NCBI RefSeq assembly: GCF_004010195.1
Contig: NC_057757.1
Span: 5,191,464-5,255,463 of the forward strand
Length of the DNA stretch: 64,000 nt
Origin: Chiloscyllium plagiosum
Lineage: Eukaryota
Reading direction: 5' to 3'
The notes beneath the pieces were generated by a model that searched no databases, was not told where the DNA came from, and saw nothing but the letters and a program-made list of their open reading frames with translations. Positions within the stretch are counted from its first letter, which is position 1, and each line of letters starts with the position of its first letter. Positions 37,883 to 50,740 of the stretch are shown here, piece by piece. The position numbers and the translations under genes were made by a program.

Positions 37883-39670
37883 AATCTATATCATGGAGAA
37901 GAGGATAGCCAGGGAAAAGGAAGGGACCATTACGGGCCAAGGGAGCAAACTGTGTTTGGAGGCAGAGGATGACGGGAGGGTGTTAAATGAGTCCTTCACA
38001 TCTGCCTTCGCTTAGGAAAGGAGGATGTAAATGATGAATTTGGGGAGAGGGATATGATGTTCTTGAGAAGATGGACATAGGGAGTGAAGGAGGTATTGGA
38101 GGATTAAAAGTGAACCAACCTTCCCAGGTCTGGGTGAGTTGTATCCCAGGCTGCTGTGGGAAGCAAGGGATTAAATTACAAGGCTGTGACCCAAATGTTT
38201 AATTCCTCTGTCCACAGGTGCCACAGAACTGAACCAAATATGGTTCCACTTTTCAAGAAGGGTGGTAGAGATAAACCAGGTAATTACAGATCAGTGAGTC
38301 TCACATCAGTGGGAGGAAACAACTGGAGAAAATTCTGAAGGAGAGAATTAATTTCCACTTGGAGAGCTGAGGTTTGATCAGGGATAGACAGCACGGCTTT
38401 GTCAAAAGCAGGTCATGCCTAAAACATTTGATTGAATTTTTCAAAGAGGTAATCCGGTGTGTAGGTGAGGGTGGTGGAGTTGATGTAGTTTACATGGACT
38501 TCAGCAAAGCTTTTGACAAGGTCCCCCATGGGAGACTCGTGAAGAACATAAAGGTACATGGGATTTAGCTTAATTTGGCAAGGTGGATCCAAAATTGGCT
38601 TTGTGATTGGAGATAGAGAGTGGTGGTAGAAGGCTGCTTGTGTAACTGGAGACTGGTGCTCAGTGGCATACAGGGATCAGTGCTGGTTCTTTTATTGTTT
38701 GTGGTATATAAAAATGGTACAGATGAGAATGTAAGGGTGAGATGATTGGCTGGGTGGTTAATAGCGAGGAAGAAGATCTGAGTTTGCTGGAAGACATAGA
38801 CAGGTAGATCAGATGGGCAGATGGAATTTAACCTTGAAAAGTTTGGGGTGCTGCCCCTTGGAAGAGGTAACAAGACAAGGGAGTACTCAACGAATGGTAG
38901 AACACTAGGAAACTCAGAGGAACAGTGGGATCTTGGGGAGTTTGATTGCAGGGCAGGTTAATACGATAGTTAAGAAGGCATATGGGACACTTGCATTTAT
39001 GGCTTGTGGAACAGATTATAAGAGCGGGGAGGTTATATTGGACTTTGGTTGCTTCAGCCACAGATGAAGAACTGTGTGCAGCTCTGGTTGTCACATTATA
39101 CGAAAGGATGTGATTGTTCTGGAGGGGGTGCAGAACAGATTTATCAGGATGTGGCCTGGGTTGTAGCAGTTTAGCAGTGAAGAGAGGTGGTATAAGCTCA
39201 AATTGTTTTCTTTAGAGCAAGAAGGCGGCGGGGGGGTTCTGATTTAAGGTGTATAAGATAATGAGGGGCCTGGATAGGGTGGACAGGAAGCAGCTGTTCC
39301 CCTTAGTTGAAGGGTCAATAACCAGGACGCATCATGTTAAGGTGAAGAGCAGGAGGTTTACAGACGACTTGAGGACTTTTTTTTCTCCCAAAGCGTGGTG
39401 GGAATCTGGAATGCACTTGTGGTGGGAAATGCCACAGCCAACTTTCTCTCTGTGCTGTGTACCAGCGCAGCCATTCCAAGGTTTCTTCCACAGAGATCAG
39501 CATCTGCACATGCAGCTGACAAGAAAATTAAAGGGAATGTTACTCACAAAGAACACTTGGAATTTCACAACATTCAAGGCTATGGGTCAAGTGCAGAAAA
39601 GTGGGATTAATGTCGATAGGTCAGTGCAGACTAAAGAAGGCTAAAGACCCCTTCTGCACTGCATGATTTC
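37880..39670 (+). mobile_element. Degenerate CR1 LINE covering the RT domain
   Basis: VPLFKKGGRDKPGNYRSVSLTSV; QHGFVKSRSCL..LIEFF; VDVVYMDFSKAFDKVPH. Confidence 0.9.
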
Positions 39671-39880
39671 CTTCCTTAAAGGCTACCACTAAACCAACTT
39701 TACAAACTAGCTTTCAATTCCAGATCTGTTAATTGAATTTAAGTTGTAACAGCTGTCACTGCATGATTTGAACCCAGATCTCCAGAGAATTAGGCTATGA
39801 TTACTGAACAAGTGACATTACCACTACACTTTTAACTTGCCTCAGCTCAAACAAAGCTGCTGTAAGATATAACCAACTAG

Positions 39881-40015
39881 GAGAAAGTGAGGACTGCAGA
39901 TGCTGGAGTACCAGAGTTGAAAAATTCCTGAAGAAGGACTTATGCCTGAAACGTCGATTCTCCTGCTCCTCGGATGCTGCCTGGCCTGCTGTGTTTTTAC
40001 AGCACCACATTTTTC
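39881..40015. mobile_element. PLE-terminus insert (family A), hammerhead core at 39928-39955
   Basis: CTGAAGA-A-GGAC-TTAT-GCCT-GAAA-CGTC; inverted 5' piece; caacta duplicated on both flanks. Confidence 0.7.
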
Positions 40016-40481
40016 AACTAAGTTATAATCAACACTGTTATAGCTAGGATTGATCATGTTACTGTGAATTTTATTTCCATTAGAAACTTTATTTTCAGCC
40101 CTTGGTTGGTCCTTTGTCACAGAACATTAAAAGGAAAGGGAACTACTCACTTGTTTTACCCTTTCACAGGACACAGAAATCACTGAATGGGCCAACATTT
40201 TATTGCCATCCCTAAAGGGTGGTGGTGAGCTGCCTGTCTGAATCGCTGCAGACGTGTGGTGTGGGTGCTGTTTGGTAGGCAGCTCCAAACGTTTGACCCA
40301 GTGACAATGAAGGGATGGTGACATATTTCCAAGTCAAGATGGTTCACACAAAAGCATACTTACTCCCCAAACCCATTTCCCTGCCATTCAATAAGATTGT
40401 GTCTGATTTGACAACCTGACTCCATATAACTACCTTTACCAAATGTCCCTTAGTAGCTCAGGGAGACAGAAATCTATCAAT

Positions 40482-40543
40482 GCTGAAAATGTGTTGCTGG
40501 AAAAGCGCAGCAGGTCAGGCTGCAGTCCTCACTTTCTCCTCGA
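40482..40543. mobile_element. 62-bp PLE-terminus mini-insert
   Basis: Perfect 14-bp TSD AGAAATCTATCAAT (40468-40481 / 40544-40557). Confidence 0.75.
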
Positions 40544-41322
40544 AGAAATCTATCAATCTCATTTTTAAAATTAACAACTGGTCTAGAATCAGTTGGCACT
40601 TTGAGAAGACAATGTGTGTAGAGCTGTTTGCTAATTTCATTCCTGAAAGGTCTGGCTCTAATTTTTCGACCATACCCTCTAGTCCTAGACTGCCTGACTA
40701 GCAGAAACAATCTTCTCTCAACTCTAATATTAGTTCCCTTTGACATCTTTTCAAATTTGGATCAAATCACCCCTTAACTTTCAGGAAATACAATTCTCTG
40801 TACCCAATACAAGGGATGATGGGGGGCTGGGGTTAAAATTCAGTATCTGTAAAAGATTAGGAGGCCCTTCTCCCCAAGAGTCTGAAAAGTCTCAGGTTAT
40901 CCAGACCATAATGATCTAGTTAAATGTAACTACAAAACAGCATATTAAACTTTAGGATGTACTTTTCCTCCAGCACATACGTTGTAAATAGTGTAAAACA
41001 GTAAGAATGTGCAACCTTCCAAAGCCACAACCTCTACCACTGAGAAAGCCAAAGGTGCCTGATGCGTGGAACGATAATGTGCAAGTTCTCCTCCAATTCT
41101 ATCAATCTAGTAAGTAAATGGCAAGGATCTGGCAGATGGAGTACCATGTTGGTAAATATGAGGTCATCCAGTTTGGAGGAATAATAGCAAAGTGGACAAT
41201 TATTTAAATGGTGAAAATTTCAGCATGCGGCTTTGCAGAGGGACTTGAGTGTCCTTGTGCATATATCACAAAAAGCTGATCTGCAAGTGCAGCAGGTAAT
41301 GAAGAAGGCAAATGGAATATTG

Positions 41323-41549
41323 ACATGATTTGGAGATGCCGGTGTTGGACTGGGGTGGAAAAGTTAAAAATCACACAACACCAGGTTATAGTCCAACAGG
41401 TTTATTTGGAAGCATTAGCTTTCGGAGCGCCGCTCCTTCAGCAGGTGTTGAATATTCTCCACAATTACCTGATGAAGGAGCAGCGCTCTGAAAGCTAGAG
41501 CTTCCAAATAAACCTGTTGAACTATAACCTGGTGTTGTGTGATTTTTAA
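41323..41549. mobile_element. Palindromic PLE-terminus insert (family B) with two opposed hammerhead cores
   Basis: Minus core about 41416-41444, plus core 41469-41497; 13-bp TSD AAATGGAAT(A/G)TTG. Confidence 0.85.
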
Positions 41550-41936
41550 AAATGGAATGTTGTCCTTCATTGGCAGAGGGATGGAGTTTAAAAACAGGGA
41601 GATTATTCTGTATAGGGTGCTGGTGAGGTTACACCTGGAGTACTGTGTACAGTTTTGGTCTCCTTACTTGAGAAAGAATATACTGACACTGGACGGGGTG
41701 CAGAGGGGGTTCACAAGGTTAATTCCGGAGTTGAGAGGGTTGGCTTATGCGGAGAGATTGAACAGACTGGGATTATATTCTTTGGAATTTTAGAAGAATG
41801 AGGGGGGGGAGTCTTATAGAAACATATAAAATAGATAAGGAAGTAGATAAGCTAGAATCAGGGAGGTTGTTTCCACTGGGGGGGTGAAACTAGAACGAGG
41901 GGCATGGCTTCAAAATAAGGCAGGGGGAAGCAGATT

Positions 41937-42200
41937 TAGATTAGATTCCCTACAGTGTGGAAACAGGCCCTTCAGCCCAACAAGTCCACACCAACCCACC
42001 CGCCTACATTTACCCTTTCACCTAACATTACAGGCAATTTAGCATGGCCAATTCACCTAACCTGCACATTTTGGACTGTGGGAGGAAACCCATACAGACA
42101 TGGGGAGAACGTGCAAACTCCACACAGTCAGTTGCCTGAGGCAGGAATTGAATCCAGGTCTCTGGCGCGGTGAGGTAGCAGTGCTAACCACTGTGCCACC
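41937..42200 (-). mobile_element. HE1-type SINE
   Basis: Family sequence on the minus strand. Confidence 0.85.
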
Positions 42201-42839
42201 CATAGGACAGAGTTGAGGAGGAACTTCTTCACCCAAAGGGTTGTGAATCTGTGGAATTCCCTGCCCAGGGAAGCAGTTGAGGTTGCCCCATTGAATGTTT
42301 TAAGGCAGAGATAGATAGATTTTTGAACAATTAAGGGTTACAGTGGCCAGGGTGGGTAAGTGGAGCTCAGTCCACGAGCAGGTCAGCCATATTGAATGGC
42401 AGAGCAGGCTCGACTGGCCAAATGGCCTACTCCTGCTCCTTTTGCTTTTGTTGTGAGGAACTGTGCTGCCATTCCTCCAGCGTTGTTGGGTCAAACGCTG
42501 GAACTTTCCTTTCTAATGGCACTGTGGGTGTCCCTAGGGACTACAGCGTTTCAAGAAGGCACCTCACCACCACCATCTTGAGAGGCAATTAGAGAAGAAG
42601 GTAGCTCATCACCACCTTCTGGACAGTAGTTGGGGAATAATGACCACATGTCGTGAAAGGATTTAAAAAAAAAATCAGTATCATGTCAAATAAATCTGTC
42701 ATTATAAATGGAGAATTGAATGCACAATTTTGTAAAGTTATACTGTGTGTGGGGGTGGGAGTGCAGGGCTGAATACTTCTGGATGCCCCTATTGCACACA
42801 CTCCCAGTGACAGACTTTCAGAAACTTATGTGTAAAACT

Positions 42840-43376
42840 GCCCTCAGTCACATGTGCTTTGTGCGAGCTGGGGCCCGGCTAGAAACGTGCTCCGAGGTAC
42901 GTGGGAGGGAGTTCGGCGTCTCAAAGAGCAGTGCTCAGATATACGGGGAATATTCTGGCTTCCAAGTCCCCGCTTTAAATTCCCCCCTCCGTGCGAGTCT
43001 CAGGAACTCCAGTAAAAAGAGAGAGAGAGGGAGGGAGGCTGCGCCTGGGTCCTGCTCCCTTGTGCAGACTGCTGTAGACTGGGAAAGACAGAAATCAGAA
43101 CAGAAACGACCCTCCGGGAGTCCTCGCAACTGTCCCACCGCTTCTTTAACCTGCATCTCCGGAGACCCTCTGACATTTACGTGTATCTCTGACTTGGATT
43201 ACCTGGAGGGAGAATTCCAGACAAGCTAACCCCTCTACATCTCCTCCAGAAAGCACAATTTGGAGTTAAAACTGTGAGATAAACGGTTTGCAGCAATTTC
43301 TGATCCTCCAATGGGAAACAGATTCACGCATGGCAGCTCAAGAAATGTAATCGCAGAGAACCATGAAGTTTTGGAT
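42840..43376 (+). promoter_or_regulatory. Putative EPO promoter/5' UTR: CpG-retaining, HRE cores, TATA-like and GATA motifs
   Basis: ACGTG 42885-42889, TACGTG 42898-42903, TTTAAA 42974-42979, TACGTG 43178-43183, AGATAA 43277-43282. Confidence 0.55.
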
Positions 43377-43389
43377 ATGGGGATATCAG
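43377..43389 (+). CDS. EPO: Erythropoietin coding exon 1 (ATG GGG ATA TCA G; MGIS + G, phase 1)
   Basis: 13 coding nt followed by a GTAAG donor, the same size and phase as vertebrate EPO exon 1; splices in frame to exon 2. Confidence 0.8.
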
Positions 43390-44819
43390 GTAAGCGGTTT
43401 GGAGTGGTGTTCCCTGGAGAGTTAGTCTTTATTAAACTCACTCACACATACACAGCCCCATTCACTCTCAATCATTTACAGCCACACATTCCCTCACTCA
43501 ATCTCTTTCACCCACTCTTACTCACACATACAAACACACTCACCTAGTCAGTCTCACACACACACTCTTCTTACCTACAGTTATTCTAGTGCTGTCAAAC
43601 TGTGTTTTCAACTGTTGAAGGTATGGCCAATTACCTCTGCCAACTTAATCTTTACAGTTTAATAAAAGCCGATAAAGAGAGACTGTATGGCCTGTTTGCG
43701 GCTTCCAGGCTGTTTTTAAAAAAGACACTTTTTGGGAAGTTTTCCTATGAGAACCCAGCACTGAGCTTTGGACAGGCGGGCTGAGTCCAGATCTGCCAAG
43801 TCTTGCTATTGTTGTGACAATAACAATTTATATTTAGATGACCCATTTCATGGGATTAAATGAGTACTGAGTGCCAAAGTGTCGAGGTGCCAAACAGTGG
43901 GCGAGAAAAGGAAAGAAAAAGATCATTTTTGGAGCTATAAAATCCTGAGGGGAACTTGGCAGGGTGGATGCCAAGATGATATTTTCTCTCCATAGGGGAG
44001 TCTAGGGGGCACACCGTTTAAAACTTGGGTGGGTGGAGATAAGTCAAACATTTTTCTTGCAGAGGGTTGTTAATCTTTGAAGCCCTTTGGCTGAGTCACT
44101 GGATATGATCAAGGCTGAATTGGATAGATTTTTTGCCCCACGAGGGAATCGAGGTTTTGGAGGGCAGACAGGAAAGTGGAGTTGAGGCCACGATCAGATC
44201 AGTCATAATTGTACTGGATGGTACAAACAGCCTACTCTATAGCCTGCAATAAAAATACAGAGTGCTGCAGAAATTCAGCAGGTCTAGTAGCAACTGCAGG
44301 GAGCCAAACAGATTTAACATTTTCAATCCCTTCTTTCAACTCTCATAATCCTAGTTCTTGTGTTCTGATTTATACAAGGCGATCCCAAAGGACTTCTCAA
44401 GTGTATTTTTGGCAGGGTTGTGAAGACTTCAAAGGCTTTTTAGGGTAGATGGAGCGATATATTTGCTTTTCCTTAGAACAGGTTGCTACTCTGAAACCAG
44501 AGGCTATAATAATGAGGAATGCCTCTCCACATCATACGGGATTGATTAGGAGACTCTTTCAGTTTTGCCACCTGCAAAGGAGAGAATTTGAAGGCTTATA
44601 AACAACTTGCTTGGTCTCGTTATACTCTCTTGGCCATTGTGTCCTGGAGTGGCACTCGAATCTGCAGAGGGGGAACATGACCAACGACACATCAAATCCT
44701 GAGGAAGCTTTTTGGGAAAATGATGAATGCGAAGAAGGGTTAGTGCCTGGGGACATCGTTGTGTGGAGAAGCTGAAATTGTTCTCGTCAGAACAGAGAAA
44801 CGATAGAGTCTTTTAGAGT

Positions 44820-45430
44820 CAGAGAGTCATAGAGATGTACAGCACGGAAACAGACCTTCCAGTCCAACTTGTCCATGCCGACCAGATATCCCAACTTAAT
44901 CTAATCCCATTTGCTAGCACTTGGCCCACATCACTCCAAACCCTTCCTATTCATTTACCCATCCAGATGCCTTTTAAATGTTGCAATTGTACCAGCCTCC
45001 ACCACTGGCAGCTCATTCCATTCATGCACCACCCTCTGCGTGAAAAAGTTACCCCTTAAGTCCTTTTTATATCTTTCGCCTCTCACCCTAAACCTACACC
45101 CTTTAGTACTGGACTCCAAACCCCAGGGAAAAGACTGTCTATTTATCCTCGAGATTTTATAAACCTCTAACAGGTCACCCTCAGCCTTTGACACTCCAGG
45201 GAAAACAGCCCCAGCCTATTCAGCCTCTTCCTATAGCTCAAATCCTCCAACCCTGGCAACATCCTTGTAAGTCTTTTCTGAACCCTTTCAAGTTTCACAA
45301 CATCCTTCCGATTGGAAGGAGATCAGAATTCCAAAAGTGGCCTAACCAATGTCCTGTATAGCTGCAACATAACCTGCCAACTGCTATACTCAATGCTCTC
45401 ACCAATAAAGGAAAGCGTACGAAATGCCTT
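44820..45430 (-). mobile_element. CR1 LINE 3' portion
   Basis: FRVRGERYKKDLRGNFFTQRVVHEWNELP; ctatgactct tail. Confidence 0.9.
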
Positions 45431-46494
45431 TTAAAATCATAATGGGTTTTGATTGACTAAATGAGGTGAAATTGTTGCCATTGATGAGGGATTTTCTAAC
45501 CAGATGGATACAGATTTAAGACAATTGGCAAAAGATCCAGAAGGATCAAAAGGTTTTTTTTAATGTAGCAGTTTATTGAGATCTGGAAAGTACTGCTTGA
45601 AAGGACAGTGGAAGCAAATTCATAAGGAACTTTCAAAAGGGGATTTGGATAAATACTCATGGAGAGAAAATTCACAGCGTTTGTGGGGAAATTAGGACTG
45701 ATTAGAGAGCCCTTTTAAAGAGTTGGTACAAACATGACTGGCCAAACAGCTTCCTGCTGTGCTGTAAAATTCTGTGAAATAGTGAGAGGCAATAGTTCAG
45801 GGAGCAAGAGACGGAAGGTCAGGACTGGAAACTAAGTTACTGGTGGTGGTGTGAAATTGGAAGGGAGACATGTAGCAAGCGAGGTTAATAGAATGGGGAC
45901 AAAAGGTCTGGAGGATGCAGAAGAACATGTTTTGCTGGGAGATTGAAGGCATTGAGCCCAACACATAGAAGCCAAGAGGTGACAAGGATGAACCTCTATG
46001 GGCTTTGATTTGGTCTACCACATCAAGAAGGAGTTTCATTCACTGCAGTGTAAAATGTTTGCTATTTTGTTGCCTGAAAGACTGAATGCAGTTCTACATG
46101 TCCAAGTGGATTTTGCAGTATGTCTCACTCTCTGTATTAGAAAATGTTATTGCGACTTAGCACCCTTAAATAAAGCAGCACTGTCACCTCTCCACACCAT
46201 CCCTGAAGCAGCTGACGCTCGCTCTGCGTAAGTACTTCACGAACCCAATTCCTTATTGGAACGTTGAGGGGGCCGAGCTTCATTTCCTGATGTGGCGACA
46301 CCTTCTGTTTTATATCACGCTTTCACCAGGCAAAGGGCTCAGGCGCTGCGGAATCTTCCACTAGACATCACTCGGGTAGGATGATCGGCTGCTCGAGCAG
46401 GGCAGTTCGAGGTAGGTGAGATTCCGAGTGAAAGCATGGTTGTTATGAAGGCAGTGTAGAAGCTAGGGTGGAGTGAGCAACAAGGATAGCCAAA

Positions 46495-46880
46495 GGCTGA
46501 CGGACAAGACTGTTGAGCTAAGAAAGAAAGTCCTGAATTTACATAGTGCTCTTCACAACCTTGGGATATCTCTTTCAGAGCATTACAGCCAATTGAATAC
46601 ATTTAAAAAATATTGTTGCTTTCATTATGTAAGCGAATTTGTTAACCATCAGATAGTCTGTTTTAGTAATGTCAATTGAGGGATAAAAACTGGCCAGGAA
46701 ACCGGGATCTGCTCGTCTCGTCTCCAAACTGAGATCTCTTGTGGCCACTTGACAGGGTGCATGGGGCCTCAGATGAACATCTCATCTGAATGTTGGCAAG
46801 GCAATGCTCTCCCTTGGCACTGCACTGGCAATGCCAGCTAGGATTTTCTTTGTCCCCCCAACCCCTCTCACTCAGAGGTG
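46495..46880 (-). mobile_element. Old Deu-domain SINE-like repeat (similar copy at about 2200-2590)
   Basis: Reverse complement resembles cagtgcagt..agggag..ttcagatgagatgtt..gaggcccc and ends in a ctttctttctt tail. Confidence 0.4.
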
Positions 46881-47160
46881 AGAATGCCTCATCCAGCCAT
46901 GGTTGGGGATTGCGCAGAGTTTGGAGGAACTTGCAAGCCTGGACAAAGACCTTTTGAAGTGGGCTTAGCAGGTTGGATGGAGAGCTTGGCGATAGTGGGG
47001 CTAATAAATTTCCACAAGTTCCTGAGCAACCATTCAGGACATCTGCTTTACAGTGGGGTTTAAACGTTTGTAGAATTAGCGGTAGAAAGGAAAGATGTGT
47101 AGAGAGTTAGCAGCTGCATCGGTGCACGAGCAATAGAAATAGGGAATTTATTTAGGAAGA

Positions 47161-47465
47161 CGGTGGCTCAGTGGTTAGCACTGATGCCTCATAGCACCAG
47201 GGACCCAGGTTCAATTCCGGCCTCGGGCAACTGTCTGTACGGAGTTTGCACATTCTCCCCTTGTTTGCATGAGTTCCCTCCGGGTGCTCCGGTTTCCTCC
47301 CACAGTCCAAAGATGTGCACGTTAAGTGAATTGGCCATGCTAAATTGTCCATGGTGTTATGTGCATTCCTCAGAGGAAAATGGGTCTGGGTGGGTTACTC
47401 TTCGATGTGGACTTATTGGGCCAAAGGGCCTGTTTCCACAATGTAGGGAATCTAATCTAATCTAA
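47161..47465 (+). mobile_element. HE1-type SINE
   Basis: Family sequence with aatct tail. Confidence 0.85.
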
Positions 47466-49265
47466 AAACGAACATGAATTTATAATATATCTTCAGGCCA
47501 TCTCATAAGACTGTCTAGCCAAGGAACTCGTGAACATTTCTTTAAAGCATCATGAGTTTTTTTAGCTGACATGGCAGCCACTTGTGACAAGGATATTTTC
47601 TCCTTGTGGAAGCGACTAGGTAAAGGGGACACAGATTAAAGTAAGAGGTCTTATATTTCACATGGAGATGAGGTGGTATTTTTCTTCTGAAAGGATCGTG
47701 AGTCTGTGGAACTCTTCCCCAAGTGTGGGGGAGGCAAAGTCATAGAATATTTCTAAGGCAGAGAAGGTAGATACTTGGCTAACAAGGGAGTTGATGGTTA
47801 TTTGCTGGTGAAATGTGGGGTTGAGATCACAATCAGATCAGCCATGATCTAATTCAATGGTGGTTCAGGCTCAAGGGGCCCAGTGGTTTCTTCTGCTCCT
47901 AATTTGTATGTATATAGGAAGCTTCCATGCAAGTAATTGCTTCTACACATGAAAAGTTTAAGAATGAGAGTGCACAGATTTAAAGCATTTGATGAAAGAA
48001 GCAAAAGTGATGTGGGGGAAAAAAAGGTTTTCTCACAGGAATGACTGAGGACTGTGTTGCTTGAGACTGTGGTAGAAGTAGATCCAATCACTACTTTCAA
48101 GAGTGAATTGGACTATTAACTGAAAAGGAGAATGCACAGGGTTATGAGGAGGTGGGAAAATGTCATTAAATGAACTTGTTTGAAGAGCTGGTACAGACAT
48201 GATGGGTTGAATGGCTTCTCTGTACTGTAACAATTCTGTGTTGCTGTGAAGCTCTGGGCTGGAGTTGTATTTGAACCTGCAGTCACTGGGGAGGTTAACA
48301 ACTGCTCTCTCTGGTGTGCCTGCTCTTCAATTTCTTTCTCCTGTGCCAGAGCAGACACAGAAGCAAAGAGTTCACTATCGATCAATTTATAAATGACTCG
48401 CGCTCTAATGGCTATTGATTCAATGTGTGGAACTAAGATGCTCAGACCAAACACTTCATTTAGCTCATGCCACGAGTCATAGAGTCATAGAGATGTACAG
48501 CATGGAAACAGACCCTTTGGTGCAACCAGTCCATGCCGACCAGATATCCCAACCTAATCTCGTTCCACCTGCCAGCACTAGGGAATGACAGTTGGCTTGA
48601 GTTCACTGGAAATCAGCCAAGTTCTCTGCTGTTGCTTGCTGATGAGGGACCCTGATTTGAAAGTGTCTGCGTGTGGACATGAGATATGGTGGGGATTGGG
48701 CTCGGTTGTTATGTCGCAACTGTGGATTAACCAGTAACTGCCCATATACAAAGTCCACCAGCCCACATGAGCAAGTGAGCTTGGCAGACCAGTTAGACCT
48801 TATCCTGCTGCCAGCCTCCTTAAGCACGTCTCATGACTTTAGTCAAATCCTGTTCAACCTTACATTGAGCCAAAGCAATGCTTTTCTAAAGCTGGAAATT
48901 GCTGGAGAAACTCAGCAGGTCTGTCAGCATCTGTGGAGAGAGAATAGAGTTAATGTCTTGAATCCAGTGACCTTTCTTCAGAGTTCCTTGAGAAATGTTG
49001 TTTTTGTTTCGGATCTTCAACATCCGCAGTTCTTTGTTTTGCTTTTCGAAAGCTGTTGCCATGTCAGAAAAAGTGGCAGCAATCTGTGGACAGTATGTTC
49101 CTGTATGCAGCACTGTAATCAAGAGCAGCTTATTTATTACAGTAATGGTAATTAAGGGATGAATATTGATTGGGATGCCAAAAGAAAATCTCCTAGTTGC
49201 CTACTGGTTCAAGATGGGATGTTTTTTAACATCCTTTTCAGAGACCAGACGGAGCTTCATTTTCA

Positions 49266-49512
49266 TAGAATCCCTTTAATGAGGAAACAGGCCATCTGGT
49301 CCATCAAGTCCACAGTGACCCTCCAAAGAGCAGCATTCCTGTCCAGACCCACCCCATCCCCACAGCCAATCCATTTAACCTGCACATCTTTGGACTGTGG
49401 AAGGAAACTGGAGGACCTGGAGGAAACAGCTGCAAATTCCACATAGACAATAACCCGCGGGTGGAATCAAACCCAGGTCCCTGGCGCTGTCAGGCAGCAG
49501 TGCTAACCACGG
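49266..49512 (-). mobile_element. HE1-type SINE (partial)
   Basis: Family sequence on the minus strand. Confidence 0.75.
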
Positions 49513-50176
49513 AGTACTGAGTTTAAAGTTACTTCCAAAATACTGCACTTCTAATAGCACAGCACTCCCTCAGTAGTGCTACTAGAGGCAAGGCCTGGGA
49601 CACTGCAGTACATCGAGGCAAATAGCTCGATCCTGGAGCACTAGGGGGCACGATGTTCTAGCTGTGTGGGTTCCTGGGCAAAGAGCGGCATGCGATTTCT
49701 TTCCTTGCCCCTGACAGGGAGTGTCAGCCTCAATGCAAAAGTATGGAGTGAAATTTGAAACTGGAACCTCTGGGTCCAGAAGGAATGGTTACAATGAAGC
49801 TAGGACTGAGCGGCAATTAGATTGGAAAATTTGCATTCTTCCTGTATAACCTTGAAGGACCTGAAGGCTGAAGTTTCAGATCTCCTTGTTGTACCTTCAA
49901 GTGAAATCTTTCTTTCAATTCTTTTGTGCAATTTGGTCATCACTGGCTAGGTCAATATTTATTGTCCATCCCCAGTTGCCCCTATCACAGCCATTCTGAG
50001 GTGCATTTGAAACACTGCTGTTCCTCTGGTATAGATAACCCACAGTGCTGTTAGAAATTTTGACCCAATGACAGCAAAGAAATAGTGTAGTATTTCCAAA
50101 TCCAGGTGGTGTGTGGCATGGACGGGAGCTTTCAGATGGTGGTGTCCTCATGTGTCTGCTGCCCTTGTTCTTAGAG

Positions 50177-50495
50177 ATTAGATTAGATTCCCTACAATGT
50201 GGAAACAGGCCCTTCAGCCCAACCAGTCCACACTGACCCTCAGAAGAGTAACCCACCCAGACCTATTTCTTTCTGACTAATGCACCTCGCACTATGGGCA
50301 ATTCACCATGGCCAACTCACCTGACCTGCACATCTTTGTGACTGTGGGAGAAAACTGGAGCACCCGGAGGAAACCCATGCAGACATGGGGAAGAATATGC
50401 AAACTCCACACAGACAGTCGCCCAAGGCTGGAATCGAACCTGGGACCCTGGTGCTGTGAGGCAGCAATGCTAACGACTGAGCCAACGTACCACCC
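50177..50495 (-). mobile_element. HE1-type SINE
   Basis: Family sequence on the minus strand. Confidence 0.85.
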
Positions 50496-50534
50496 ATTTA
50501 ATGGCTTAACAGTCCCCTTTCTGCACTATATTTT

Positions 50535-50740
50535 ATGGTGGTTAGCTCAGTTGGCTGGTTGGCTGGTTTGAGACACATAGTGATGCCAACAGCCTGGGTT
50601 CAATTCCTGTACTGGCTAAAGTGACAATGAGGATCTCGCCTTCTCGGCCTCATCCCTGATCCGAGGTGTGGTGACCCTCAGGTTACATTCATCATCAGTC
50701 AGCTCTCTCTCCACCGACAGAGCACCTTATGGTCCTGAGG
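50535..50740 (+). mobile_element. Second tRNA-derived SINE family
   Basis: ggttagctcagttgg (A box) ... gggttcaattcc (B box); matches the minus-strand copy at 8855-9050. Confidence 0.6.

Larger units (their letters stand above)
41105..42445 (+). mobile_element. CR1 LINE 3' portion with nested PLE insert and SINE
   Basis: LYRVLVRLHLEYCVQFWSPYLRK..ERLNRLGLYSLEF; 3' tail cctactcctgctcct. Confidence 0.9.

Noticed and set aside
42720..43229. 169-aa ORF upstream of EPO
   Set aside because: No recognisable homology; overlaps the GC-rich promoter, so probably a chance ORF
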